64,000 bases of DNA from Macrostomum hystrix. Taxonomy: Eukaryota > Animalia > Platyhelminthes. A program made the position numbers and the translations under genes. Each line of letters begins with the position of its first letter. Position 1 is the stretch's first letter. The DNA lies in contig CATNEN010000038.1 of the NCBI GenBank assembly GCA_950097015.1, forward strand, positions 18,910,001-18,974,000, read 5' to 3'. Of the stretch, positions 35,301-54,577 are shown in pieces. The notes beneath the pieces were generated by a model, which did not search any database, was not told the origin of the DNA, and saw only the letters and a program-made list of their open reading frames with translations.

Positions 35301-37802
35301 CATCCAATCATTGCTCTCCCAAACTCAACTCCCATCCAAACATTGTTCTGCCAAACTCAACTCCCATCCAAACATTGTTCTGCCAAACTCAACTCCCATC
35401 CAAACATTGTTCTGCCAAACTTAACTCCCATCCAATCATTGCTCTCCCAAACTCAACTCCCATCCAATCATTGCTCTCCCAAACTCAACTCCCATCCAAT
35501 CATTGATGCATGATAAACAACTTCACATTTTAACATGGAAAATTGCACTTTACCTCATTGTCGCTAATGACAACATCCTTGTGCAGCAGGTTGCCAACCT
35601 CCCTTAACAGATTGTCTCGCTCGGTCTTCAATTGGTCAATAATTTGTTCATTTTTAGCGATAGCTTCACCGATGAATCGACCATAGGATTTGATTTGCAG
35701 AATTGACAAGTCCTGAAATGAGAAACGTGCACTATTAAACTATCGGCTTAAACTCATATTCATGTTTTTATATTGCTAATAAACTAACTTTCAGTTCCTC
35801 TGGCTTGACTTCAGCTGGATTGCTAGTCAACGCTTCCGGAAGTGGCAAGTCCTCTCCATCTGCTTCTTTGGCCTGAAAAACGCATGTTTAGATTTCCATA
35901 TCGAAATACCAACAAAACGTACTTCTACATTACTAGCAGTACTAGTAATGTTTGTAAGTTAAAAATCTTGAAGTTTACCTTCTTTTTCTCGCCAACAGTC
36001 TTGCCACAGGCATTTCTAAGCCGATTTAGCTGGTCTCCAATGTAGCGCGCTGTAATGGTACATAGTGAGATAAGAGTTAAAAACTGCAAGTTAATAAAGT
36101 TTAAAGGTAGATTTGGCTAAAGTGACAAATAGCAAAATAGAAGACAGCCATATACACATAATTTTTTACTGAATAACTAAACCTTTAAATAAGTTATGAA
36201 AGCTATTTGTAGTTTTTACAAGGGCGCCAAAAAAGGTTTCCTGAATTTCTACCATATCTCAGTAAGGCCTTGCCCAGTGCTCACATTCATAGTGTAATTA
36301 AAGAAAAATATGCATGATTTATTTATTCAAGTCATTTTTCTATATCCAACAATTATGAGCAGCATCAGAAAGGTACATCAACAGGTGTGCACAAGTGTTC
36401 TAAAAATTGTCTCTGTATACTTTAAAGCCACTTGGAGGATTTGAGAAAGAGCTGCTTTTTCTATATAGAAACAGGGCTAGAGAGTGGTACCCTCAGCAAC
36501 TGCAGATTCAATTAAATGTTTGTGAAAATAACCTTTAACTTAACTGCTTTTCTTTAACTACATCCTCAAGAACTTTTTTCTACTTTTGAAGTAAGAGAAC
36601 CAGCTTTATCAGGGCAGAAAAACAAGTCTGTAATGCTTTTTTTTCAATAAGAAAATGTATATTTTATATGAAAAAAAACTTTTATTTCTTAGTTACTTGC
36701 CTATTTTTAAGCACAATATCTAACTTTTCAGTTAAACCATCTTTCCCCATAACTATAAGATAAAACATACTTTACATCTTAGCAGGCTCATTGGATCTCA
36801 AAAAGGCTAAAAAATCTCTCACTGGAAACCATATAGTATAGCATATTACTAGCTATATCATATAAGCTAGGCGCTATCTTATAGTTTTGCATTTATAATG
36901 ATATTTCTCTTAAAATAATATTTTATTAAAGTTTAATTTTTTATACAACTTATTACTCAGGGACTATCAAGCTTGGCATGGAGTCATATTAAAGAGTTCA
37001 TGTGGCATTGGATCTACTATGCAAAGGTGTTTACTTTCAGCAATCTACTATTTAGGATTACCAACTACTATCTAGTCTAGGTAGTCCAAAATATATAGGG
37101 GCCTAACTTATTGTCACATGGGCAAAACTTATTTTAATAATTTTTTAAAACTCATTACTTATAACAAACTTTGTCAACCTACATCATTAAACTTTGTTTA
37201 AATACAATTTAAAGAGAAAAATAATTAAATGTGTGAAACTGCAAAGTAGCCTATATGGTTATACCATGTTACCATGTATGTATACATAAATAAATGTAGG
37301 GCCTAGCCTAAAGCTAGCTAGCTATCTTCTTCATTTATTTTTTCAAGCTCTTTGATGACATAAAGATTATATTGTTTAACTTTGCAATTTACAACAAATA
37401 GCTAGGCCCAATACAATAATACAAGTGACCAAGCCAAGGCCTAGCCACTTAGGCCTAATATAGTATTTAAATACAACTATTAGAGTCTGAGATGCTTTTT
37501 ATACATCTTCTATCTACTAGAAATCTATCTAAAATAGGTCTATCTATATACTACATGCTTGATAGCTTGTTTGTTTAAATGTATAATGCAGAAAAGTTAT
37601 GCAACTGTTTTGTTTGTACAACAGCAAAGCATAATAGAAAGTAATACAATCGCGTTGTTTTGTTACCTTTGCGCCACTCATTGTCCAGATCAATTATTCG
37701 ATCGATTACAGTTACATCTTTATAGCGGTTCTTTTCGCTCTGCCTAACTAGATCAGGATTTCCACCTTTCTCTGGACGCAGCAAATCGATATCAAGCACC
37801 AT
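32341..37802 (-). CDS. SARS1: Cytosolic seryl-tRNA synthetase, 7 exons, ~485 aa
   Basis: Exons 37802-37667, 36049-35979, 35872-35789, 35712-35554, 34576-34322, 33413-32898, 32577-32341 join in phase. Motifs [73 protein letters not shown]. Confidence 0.97.
32640..32830. repeat. ~22-bp intronic repeat (TGACAGGCTGAAAATATGTGAA)
   Basis: About 8 degenerate copies in the last SerRS intron. Confidence 0.8.
33505..34245. repeat. 34-bp intronic minisatellite (CTGATAATCCGACTAGTTTTACAGGATSTGGGAT)
   Basis: Direct periodicity in SerRS intron 33414-34321. Confidence 0.93.
34685..35504. repeat. 32-bp intronic minisatellite (AACTCCCATCCAATCATTGCTCTCCCAAACTC), ~25 copies
   Basis: Direct periodicity in SerRS intron 34577-35553. 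Confidence 0.95.
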
Positions 37803-39424
37803 TTTTCAGTCAATCCAAATTTAACACGAAAAGTAGGTATTGTATGGTTAATCTGTAGATCTTGTATACTTAGCGCGTCTTAGGCCTTTCTCTATTTATG
37901 CGAATATGATAGATATACACGTAAAGTACAAAATGAAATGCTCGCATTTACACTCCAATTTCATAAAGCGTGCTCAAGGATGAAGCTGATGAAACTTTTG
38001 AAAGCTCACTGCTTTTAACAAATGTTCACTATTTAAAAATAAAATAACAGACACAATTTGCATTATGTAAGTTTCTAAAGGCAGTTAATTTTGGCGAAAA
38101 AATATATCAGATAAAATATGTATTCAGCCTAAACAATACCCTAATATTACGTTGTGCCGGTCAGACTTTTTCTGGCAGGCCAGCGCCCAGTGCAGCTCTA
38201 CTCAACCCCCGACCTCAGTCTTGTTAAAGTTGGTGGCCCAGCCAGCCCATGCAGCTAGCCCAGCTAGCAAGGCCTACCCTGTTTTCTAATTCGTATAAAT
38301 ATTCGCGCAATGCAGCACACAATAAGTTTTGCTGCCACTCCAACTCTTAAACAAAAGGTCGTCCGCCGTCGTATTTTGTAGCGCCAGCTGGTCTTTTTCA
38401 ATATCGCCTGTGCCGTTTAAAAACTGCAGCAGTGTGGTAGTCTGCCTATAATACTGACCAGCTCGCGCCTTGCCCAACCAGGCTTAAAACGTTCGGGTGG
38501 GAGAAGTTTAAGATGACGTGCTGCTGTCCGTCGCCAGGTAACATATCGTTTTGTCCGTACGTTTTAGAATCTTCCTATTAACGATGTCTAATTCTATGTC
38601 GTAAACTTTTTGGCCAAAAAAGGCATTAGTAGAGAAATAAGTAGAGTATGAGTATGATTGAGACAAACGAAGATTGACGGCCTCTGACGTAGGTAACGAA
38701 AATTTGATTAATGCTGATTGAAAAACCCATGCCGGTCTCCAGGTGTGTTTATAACCTGCGAAAATGAGAGCGTCCAGGCCGACTTTCCCTAAAATCATGA
38801 ACAGTCATCCTGGACAATGTTAGGGTAGTTCCACATGCTTTTATTGTACAAGCGACCCTATAGCTAATATAGGGGGTGAGTTGCCGAGCGGGTCCAGCTC
38901 GTTTGTTTCTCGTACCAATGTTCCTGAGCGAGCTCAGATGACCAAGGCCGAGCCAGTAATGAAGACAATAGGCCAGAATATATATCTTCCACATCAAGCT
39001 CTTTGATTGAAAAATGTGATTAATTCCGTGCAACCATGAGTTCTCGTCGTAAACTGACAGCCGAAAGTTTTTGGCAAACCTATTAAATCCGAAATTAATT
39101 GGGCAATTGCAACAGGCTGACATATCTGATGTGATTTTATTGATGAGTGACTAATTCGTGTAGTTTTTAATACCATCATTGTTGTTTTGATATTAGGAAA
39201 TGTAATTCCGTAAACAAATGGTTGGTACGAAAGCAACAATTGTAAATGTCTATTTTTAAAGCATATCGGATGCCGGATTAAAATAGATTATTTAAGGCAC
39301 AATCCGTCGCACGCACAAATAGTCTATGGCCGCAAGTGAGTGCGCAGACAGGCCTGCAAGGCAGCAGCCAAAACCAGCAGAGAAAAGCACAAAAATAATA
39401 GCCAACATCCGATAGCGGTGAGCA

Positions 39425-42400
39425 ATGGACGCACGCACTGGGCCTCTGCCTGAGCATAGCTCAGCACGGAGAAAGTGCTCAAGTTCGCACAGCAGGCACT
39501 GGGAGCCGGGCTCTACTTCAGAGGACGCCAGATCCTGCGGGGGCGGCGGCAGTCGCGGAGGCAAGTCGGGACTGCGGGCTCTTCAGGAGCTGGTGTCCGA
39601 CACGAAAAATGCAAACTGCAGCGACTTTGGCGTTTCCAACGAAGGACTCGGAGCCCTGGCGCCGAGCAGGCTGCCGCAGCCGCTGCCAACGAGGCACAAG
39701 CAGCGGAAGCAGCAGCAGAAGCTGGAGGCAAAGGGCGCCGACTTTGAAGACTTCATAAAATACCTGGGCATCACCGATGCCGGCGCACCTGAGGACAAAC
39801 AAAAAAGGGGCTCTCAGACACCTGAGAATCAGCATATGGTGAGCTCATTATGATGGTTTGTAACGATTGACTCACTGTGAGCACAGTCTCCAACTCAGTG
39901 TCTGTGAGCACAGTCTCCAACTCATTGTCTGTGAGCACAGTCTCCAACTCATTGTCTGTGAGCACAGTCTCCAACTCATTGTCTGAGAACACAGTCTCCA
40001 ACTCATTGTCTGTGAGCACAGAGCAGCTCGAAATGCAACGAGTCTCTAACTCGTTGTCTGTTAGCACAGTCACCAACTCATTGTCTGTGAGCAGTCTCCA
40101 ACTCATTGTCTGTGAGCACATGCAGTCTCCAACTCAGTGTCTGTGAGCACATGCAGTCTCCAACTCAGTATCTGTGAGCACAGTCTCCAACTCAGTATCT
40201 GTGAGCACAGTCTCCAACTCATTGTCTGTGAGCACAGTCTCCAACTCATTATCTGTGAGCACAGTCACCAACTCATTGTCTGTGAGCACAGTCTCCAACT
40301 CATTATCTGTGAGCACAGTCTCCAACTCATTGTCTGTGAGCACAGTCTCCAACTCATTATCTGTGAGCACAGTCACCAACTCATTATCTGTGAGCAGTCT
40401 CCAACTCATTGTCAGTGAGCACAGTCTCCAACTCATTGTCTGTGAGCACAGTCTCCAACTCATTGTCTGTGAGCACAGTCTCCAACTCAGTATCTGTGAG
40501 CACAGTCTCCAACTCATTGTCTGTGAGCACAGTCTCCAACTCAGTGTCTGTGAGCACAGTCACCAACTCATTGTCTGTGAGCAGTCTCCAACTCATTGTC
40601 AGTGAGCACAGTCTCCAACTCATTGTCTGTGAGCACAGTCTCCAACTCAGTATCTGTGAGCACAGTCTCCAACTCATTGTCTGTGAGCACAGTCACCAAC
40701 TCATTGTCTGTGAGCAGTCTCCAACCTATTGTCTGTGAGCACATGCAGTCTCCAACTCAGTGTCTGTGAGCACAGTCTCCAACTCAGTATCTGTGAGCAC
40801 AGTCTCCAACTAATTGTCTGTGAGCACAGTCTCCAAATCATAAGCTTCACCAAAATCATCATCATCCCGGCAGGATCAGGTCAGCAACTCTGGCGATGAC
40901 ACGGACGTCCGCCTGGCGTCTCGAAGGTTGACAGACAGTCAGTCAATGTCGCCATCAGCTGCCACAGCTGCGGATGATTTCTTTGAAGAGCGGCGTCTGT
41001 GCCTGGTCGTGTCGTCGATGCTCGCTCAGGCGGACCGCGCAGGGAAGCGAACGCCTTCGGGCTACTGGGACCTCGAGGCCGCGGCAACCGCGCTTCGCCA
41101 CTTTGCCGACGAATTCGGCGAGCGGAGCGCCCGTCTGCGGCTTCCCGGAGCTTTCCCATTCAACCAGCCCGAGCTGCAGGTTCTGCTGAACCTTCTGACT
41201 GCCAGCAGTTCCGTGAGCACTGGGTCATTGTGTCATTGCTGCTGGGTCATTGTGTCCCGGCTTGCTGCTTGAGAGGCGTTTGAGAGTCGGTAGCAGTTCC
41301 TTTAACCCTCCATTGGCTGCCCCAACCTTCCATTGGCCGCCACAACCCTCCATTGGCTGCCACAACCCTCCATTGGCTGCCCCAACCTTCCATTGGCCGC
41401 CACAACCCTCCATTGGCTGCCACAACCCTCCATTGGCTGCCACAACCCTCCATTGGCTGCCCCAACCTTCCAATAGCTGCCACATCCCTCCATTGGCTGC
41501 GACAAACTTCCATTGGCTGCCCCAACCCTCCATTGGCTGTCCCAACCCTCCATTGGCTGCCACAACCCTCCATTGGCTGCCACAACCCTCCATTGGCTGC
41601 CCCAAGCCTCCATTGGCTGCCACAACCCTCCATTGGCTGCCCCAACCTTCCAATAGCTGCCACATCCCTCCATTGGCTGCGACAAACTTCCATTGGCTGC
41701 CCCAACCCTCCATTGGCTGCCACAGCCCTCCATTGGCTGCCACAGCCCTCCATTGGCTGCCACAGCCCTCAATTGGCTGCCACAGCCCTCCATATGCTGC
41801 CACAACATTCCATTGGCTGCCACAGCCCTCCATATGCTGCCACAAAATTCCATTGGCTGCCAAAGTCCTCCATATGCTGCCACAACATTCCATTGGCTGC
41901 CACAGAAGCCCTCCATTGGCTGCCACAGCCCTCCATATGCTGCCACAGCCCTCCATTGGTTGCCACAGCCCTCCATTGGCTGCCACAACCCCCATTGGCT
42001 GCCCCAAGCCTCCAGTGGCTGCCCCAGCCTTCTTATTGAACTGGCAGCCCTTTCAATGACCCGCAGGCTCCGTTGGAGCTCCGGGAAGCCCTGAACGACC
42101 TGCGCACAATTCACTGGCAAATGCGGCTCTTCCTGTGGCCCGAAGCCGCTCTTGGCGAGGCCGATGACGCCACGCTGTCCAGTCTGCTGTTGGTCTTCGC
42201 CGAGCAGGTGGACGAGGACCTCCGGCATACCGCGCCGCACTCCAGCTCTTCGGGGTTCGCCCGGCGCCGGGCAGTCGCCCTGGCAGCCGCGGTCGGTCGC
42301 TACGCGCAGACGGCTGAGCAGCGGCGCCGGTTGATCCATTCCCGGATGCAGAGTCTCGCCAACACAGTCATGTCCTTCGTGGCCCGCTGCCCCGCTAAAG

Positions 42401-43926
42401 GCGACGGAGGCTTCCACAAGTCGGTGATGGCGCTCCTCGACGACATGCTGGCCTGCTTCGCGAGCCTCAACAGCGTCAACGGCGCCGGAGTCGCTGTCAC
42501 CGATGGTCAAGCTGCTGGTTCGTCAGCCGCTGGAGACTTGCTGAACATCAGCGAAGACGATGTGGGCTCCAGAAGCTTCGGTCGAGACAACACTCTGTCC
42601 CAGCTGCCGCCGGCGCAGCCCGCCTTCCTGCAGCCGTACGAGGAGCCGGCCGTCGCAGAGGACGCGGACTCAGGAGGCGAGGCTGGCGAATGCAACAGCG
42701 ACCGCAAAGGCGAGCCCGCAGCTGAAGCAGCGTCTGGCGCGGTTGAGCCACAGGAGGCGATGGCCCTGCAGTTCGTTGAGCACACGGAGGCCCTGTTGAG
42801 CAGCTTTCTCCCAAACGAGCGCGTCAATAACCAGGACTTCAAGACCGCACTCAACGCAATGTTCGAGTGGTGGCGTCGAGCCGTCAGCTCTGCGGACTGC
42901 GCCGGTAACGTCTGGGACCGCCGAATGTCGAGCATCCGGGAGAAGTTTGACCAAGCGCAGCAGCTGAGAGCGGTTAGCAACGGTGTGAGACGGCTGTACA
43001 GCGAGGCACAGACCGTGTGGGACCTCATCGATGTGGCCAAGCTGATGGTACCGTCTGAGGAACGAACCGCCTGCATGGCAGAGGTGCACACGGCTGCGGA
43101 GTGGCGTGAAGCCGTGCTCAGCCTTGTGGACTCAGCGCTGGCTACTCTTTACCTGTACCAATCTGCACAGGATGCCAGCGTGTTGTCCACCAGGCTTCGC
43201 TGCCACCTTCAGCGACTTTGCAACCGCCTGGTGGACTGCGGCCCAGTGCCGATGTTTGGCCTGCTGCGTCTGCGCCTCGGCTACCTGCGGGAGCGCCAGT
43301 TCTCTGACCTAATGAGGCCCCACCCGCAGGGCTGTCTGATTGGCGAGCTGGCGCAAATGCACCGAGTGCTGAACAGAGATGCCTACCCTAATGGCCCTGC
43401 CTTCAGCCCGCTCAATCTGACCATCTGCGTTCCGCTGAGCGACTACAGGAAGTTTGACCAGCACATGAAGGACCTGCGGGTTCTGTCATTTGAGGCGAGG
43501 GCGCCCGTGACTGAGAAGACCAACCAGCTGTTGAAGATCAGGACCTTGAGAAAAATAGAGAAGTGCTGCCAATGCACCATCGAGGTCCTTCAGCCTGGCA
43601 GCTCCGGCCCCGCATCCGACACGGCCACCTGCGGCGCCACCGCCTGCTCGCCTGCCATCGCATCTGACGGCGCCCTCACACCGGGCGTCCGACGAAAGCC
43701 GCAGTTGACTGTCAACGGTCAGAGGCCGACCTTCAGCTTGATTGTTCGGCCTGAGCTGAGCCACGGACGGGCCAACGCAGCGATGCGAATGATCTGCGAG
43801 ATTGTCGGACCTGCGACCATCGGCGAGCGGGTGAAGTACTGCGCATTTCACCTGGCTATGCAGTTGCCTCACAACTACAAACCGCTGACTGCATTCGTCG
43901 ACAACTCCAGGCCTCTTGACTACTGA
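39425..43926 (+). CDS. Orphan ~870-aa protein with a C-terminal degenerate STAR/maxi-KH-like domain
   Basis: Exons 39425-39838, 40874-41212 and 42067-43926 are all phase 0 with GTGAG donors and CAG acceptors. GC-rich coding bias. The C-terminal region aligns by eye to the Quaking-type KH domain (see finding). The gene model is well supported; the domain call is tentative. Confidence 0.75.
39875..40840. repeat. 27-bp intronic minisatellite (GTGAGCACAGTCTCCAACTCATTGTCT), ~35 copies
   Basis: Direct periodicity. Explains the spurious TVLTDNELE-repeat ORFs. Confidence 0.95.
41303..42030. repeat. 20-bp intronic minisatellite (CACAACCCTCCATTGGCTGC), ~36 copies
   Basis: Direct periodicity in intron 41213-42066. 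Confidence 0.95.
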
Positions 43927-45575
43927 CGACCCACACCTGAGAGTGCTCACCTTGGCTTTCTTTTTCTCGTCAGCTAGCGAGCTTTTTAGCAGCTTTGATT
44001 TTATTTCTGACAGTTCCTTAGCAGCTTCCTAGCAACTATCATTTTCGCTAATATTTGTCCTACCCAGTCATTTCACAGTAAAAAATAGAAGGAGTAAGAC
44101 ATTGCGAATCATTTACTGCCCTTTGTACTCTAGCATTAAAGTTTTCATTAGGATTCGCGCTTTATTTAGAATTAACCGTGTTTTTCAGTTAAAAATATAA
44201 ATTTTCTAAAACAAAAAACAGGAGTAAGACATTGTAGCTAAACTTTTACCGTCATGTGCACTTAAGTGTTACATTTTTCCTCTTTTGAGCAGTACGTTTT
44301 TGCTAAAACACTATTTTCACCTATTTTTATTTCGTATCTTCATTACTGTACTGCAAGTAGTGCGCATAACACTCCAGATTTGTCCAAAGTCTCTTAGGTT
44401 TACAGGGCGATAAAGCTTTACTCTTGTGACCTTTTCAAATAAGCAGACTGCTAGCATATATTTTCTCAGTGGCATTTAAACTAAAATAAATGTTTTCTGA
44501 GAATGTTTTCAAAAAAAGACGATTTTCCCGACAGAGAAATCAAACCTACTATTTAAAATAGAAAATCCATAATGTTTTTTTTCAGACACGAATCCTTTAA
44601 AGGAGTTTTAGTCAAATTTTGGTCAATGCGCAAATCTACTTATATGAGTAGCATGTTGCGAGTGCGGTACGGCAGTTTATGATCTGTTATTTTTATTTTT
44701 ATTATTTTTTTATTTAGTTGTCAAAAAACCTGGGAAAACAATAGTCCAACTCCTTCACCGATTACAACGAAATATTACAGGCAAAATAATAATACCGAGC
44801 ATTGAATTCAAGCGTTTTGGGCCAACCCATGAACACTAACAATATTCTATTGCAACTCAGTAAAAACTGAAGAACAAACAAACAAACAAATAAATAAACA
44901 AATAAAGAAACAAACAAACAATCCAACCAGAAAGTGAAAAAAATATGGAATATCTCATTTCGAACGGCATGCTAGATTGAAGCACTATTTAAAAGCCTTC
45001 ATTAACATAAAGCAACATTTAAAGTGATTCACGATTTGATAAGTTTCATTAAAATTCATTAAATATGAGCAAAAGCATGATAAATATTGCAGATTCCATT
45101 TAAATATAGAAGAAGTTCATTCTTTTGGTTGCACAAAATAAGAAGAGATTGCAACAGCTGGACTAAAATATATAATTCAAACGCACTGATCGGTAATTAA
45201 AAAACAACACCATGTCACAATGAGTGGGATATGTGTGCAATAGATATAGATGAAAATTGCTGGTTGGAGTGTGTTAAATGGGCCACTTAAAATAGACAAA
45301 CAAGAGCTCAACGACCAACTCCATTAAAAATAGCAGTTGAAAATAATTATTTAATTCTTTGATCAGGAAAGTTCTTCATTAAAAAAATATCGCGTAAAAG
45401 TAAATAAGCTGAAATCAACGGAAACTGTATGCGGAAAGTAACGATTGAAATTTCGTTACTTAAAAAATATTATTAAATTGTGGTCGTTTATTATGATAAG
45501 TTTTCATCACAACAGCTTTCTAATTGGCTAAGTAATAACGACCAGAAACTAACCAGTAGCTGGCTGTCCTGAGCT

Positions 45576-53124
<7,549 letters not shown>

Positions 53125-53284
53125 CTGCAATGAACATGGATATAAAAAGAAATTTTTCTTAAAATCAGTTGTAATATAGCAAAAAAAACTAAATTTCTAT
53201 AGTAGGGTCTAACAAGAGAGCTTGTAGCCAAGTGATTAAGAGATTTAGACTTTTAACGAAAAGGTGTTTTATATATTTGATAAG

Positions 53285-54577
53285 CAGTGTTGGGCAAGTT
53301 ACTTTAAAAAAGTAACTTCCGGTCAAGTAACTTCCGGTTCTAAAGAAAGTAACTTCCGGTAGTAGTTCCGGTACCGGCACTCGAAAATAAAAGTAACTTC
53401 CGGTTCTTCGGCACCGGTACTTTCTACTTTTGAAAAATCGCGTGTTAAAGAAGGGCTTAATTATGTTTTTATTATTAAAAAACCAATAATAACATGCCTT
53501 TGCAACTGCCAACTTGTCTAGAGTAAAACCAAGTGGAAAATGATTAAATGAAATTATTGAAAACAAAAAATTAATTTCTGAAAACCTATATTTTTATGGT
53601 TTTTGCTTCTTTTTCCAGCACTAAGGTTCAATCCTTGCTGTGGCAGAACTTTACCAATTACCACTCAAAAGTTTGGCCTGCGCAACTAAAAAAGCTGAAA
53701 AAAAATTAGATTTGCATGTATTTTACACCATAACATTACATTAAGTTTAAATTTGAATAAAGCGTGCGCAAATAGACTAAACGTGATCAGTAAAAAATGA
53801 AAATTCGAAAATTGAAAAATCGTGCCTCTGTTTGACGATAATTCGAGCCTGCCCTCAGAAATCGCATATTCGCGCCTCAATCACACCACTGAATAACTAA
53901 CAACACAAGAGTCTTACAAACTAATGACATAAAGTGACAACTCTAAAAAGGTGGAAAGAGTAGCTCTAGTGGCGCTGCTGCCCTGCTGATAATTACCTTT
54001 ATTAATTCAATAACCTTTTAAGCCCTGAAAAAACTACTTTGACATTTAGACAATTTAGCCTAGGTTAACAGCTGAGAAAAAAAGTTTGCATGCTTCTTAA
54101 AAGGAACCCCCGTAATTTAAACTTGAAAGCTTTAGCACTAGTGTAAAAGCTAGATATAGACAGTCATGTTGTCACAATTCACATCAAATGCCTGTTGCCG
54201 CGAAGTAGTACAAGGCGGTTTAGTGTCGCGTCGGCAAGAGGTGCTCGCTTTGCTCGAATTAAAAATTTAATTTTTTAAAGAACCAAAAAGTTGTTAAAAT
54301 TCACCAACTAAATAAAATTCGAAATTTCTCGGCATTTCTTACGACATTATGAACTGATGATATGAAAATTCTTTCAATTTGTATGTTTTCTTTACTTTCT
54401 TTCTCTTTTTTTCTCTGCATTTAAAAAAGTGCCGGAAGTACCGGACTTAACAAAAAGTAACTTCCGATACCCTAGTCCGGCACTACAAAAAAAAGAACCG
54501 GAAAAAAGTGCCGCTTTAAAAAACAGTAACTTCCGGCACAAAAAGTGCCGGAAGTGCCGGAAGGTTGCCCAACACTG
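53285..54577. mobile_element. Non-autonomous hAT-type DNA transposon, 1293 bp
   Basis: TIR CAGTGTTGGGCAA / TTGCCCAACACTG. Perfect 8-bp TSD TTGATAAG at 53277-84 and 54578-85. Subterminal (GT)AACTTCCGG motif clusters at both ends. No transposase ORF. Confidence 0.93.

Noticed and set aside
38286-39239. Chain of short minus-strand ORFs between SerRS and the STAR-like gene
   Set aside because: No recognisable motifs, no consistent splice path and no TIRs. It may be decayed coding or TE sequence but cannot be supported.
39771-42510. Long repetitive ORFs (TVLTDNELE, QPMEGCGSQW; similar cases at 34767-35424, 46759-47365 and 63260-63799)
   Set aside because: These are translations of stop-free intronic minisatellites, and the flanking exons splice around them in phase.
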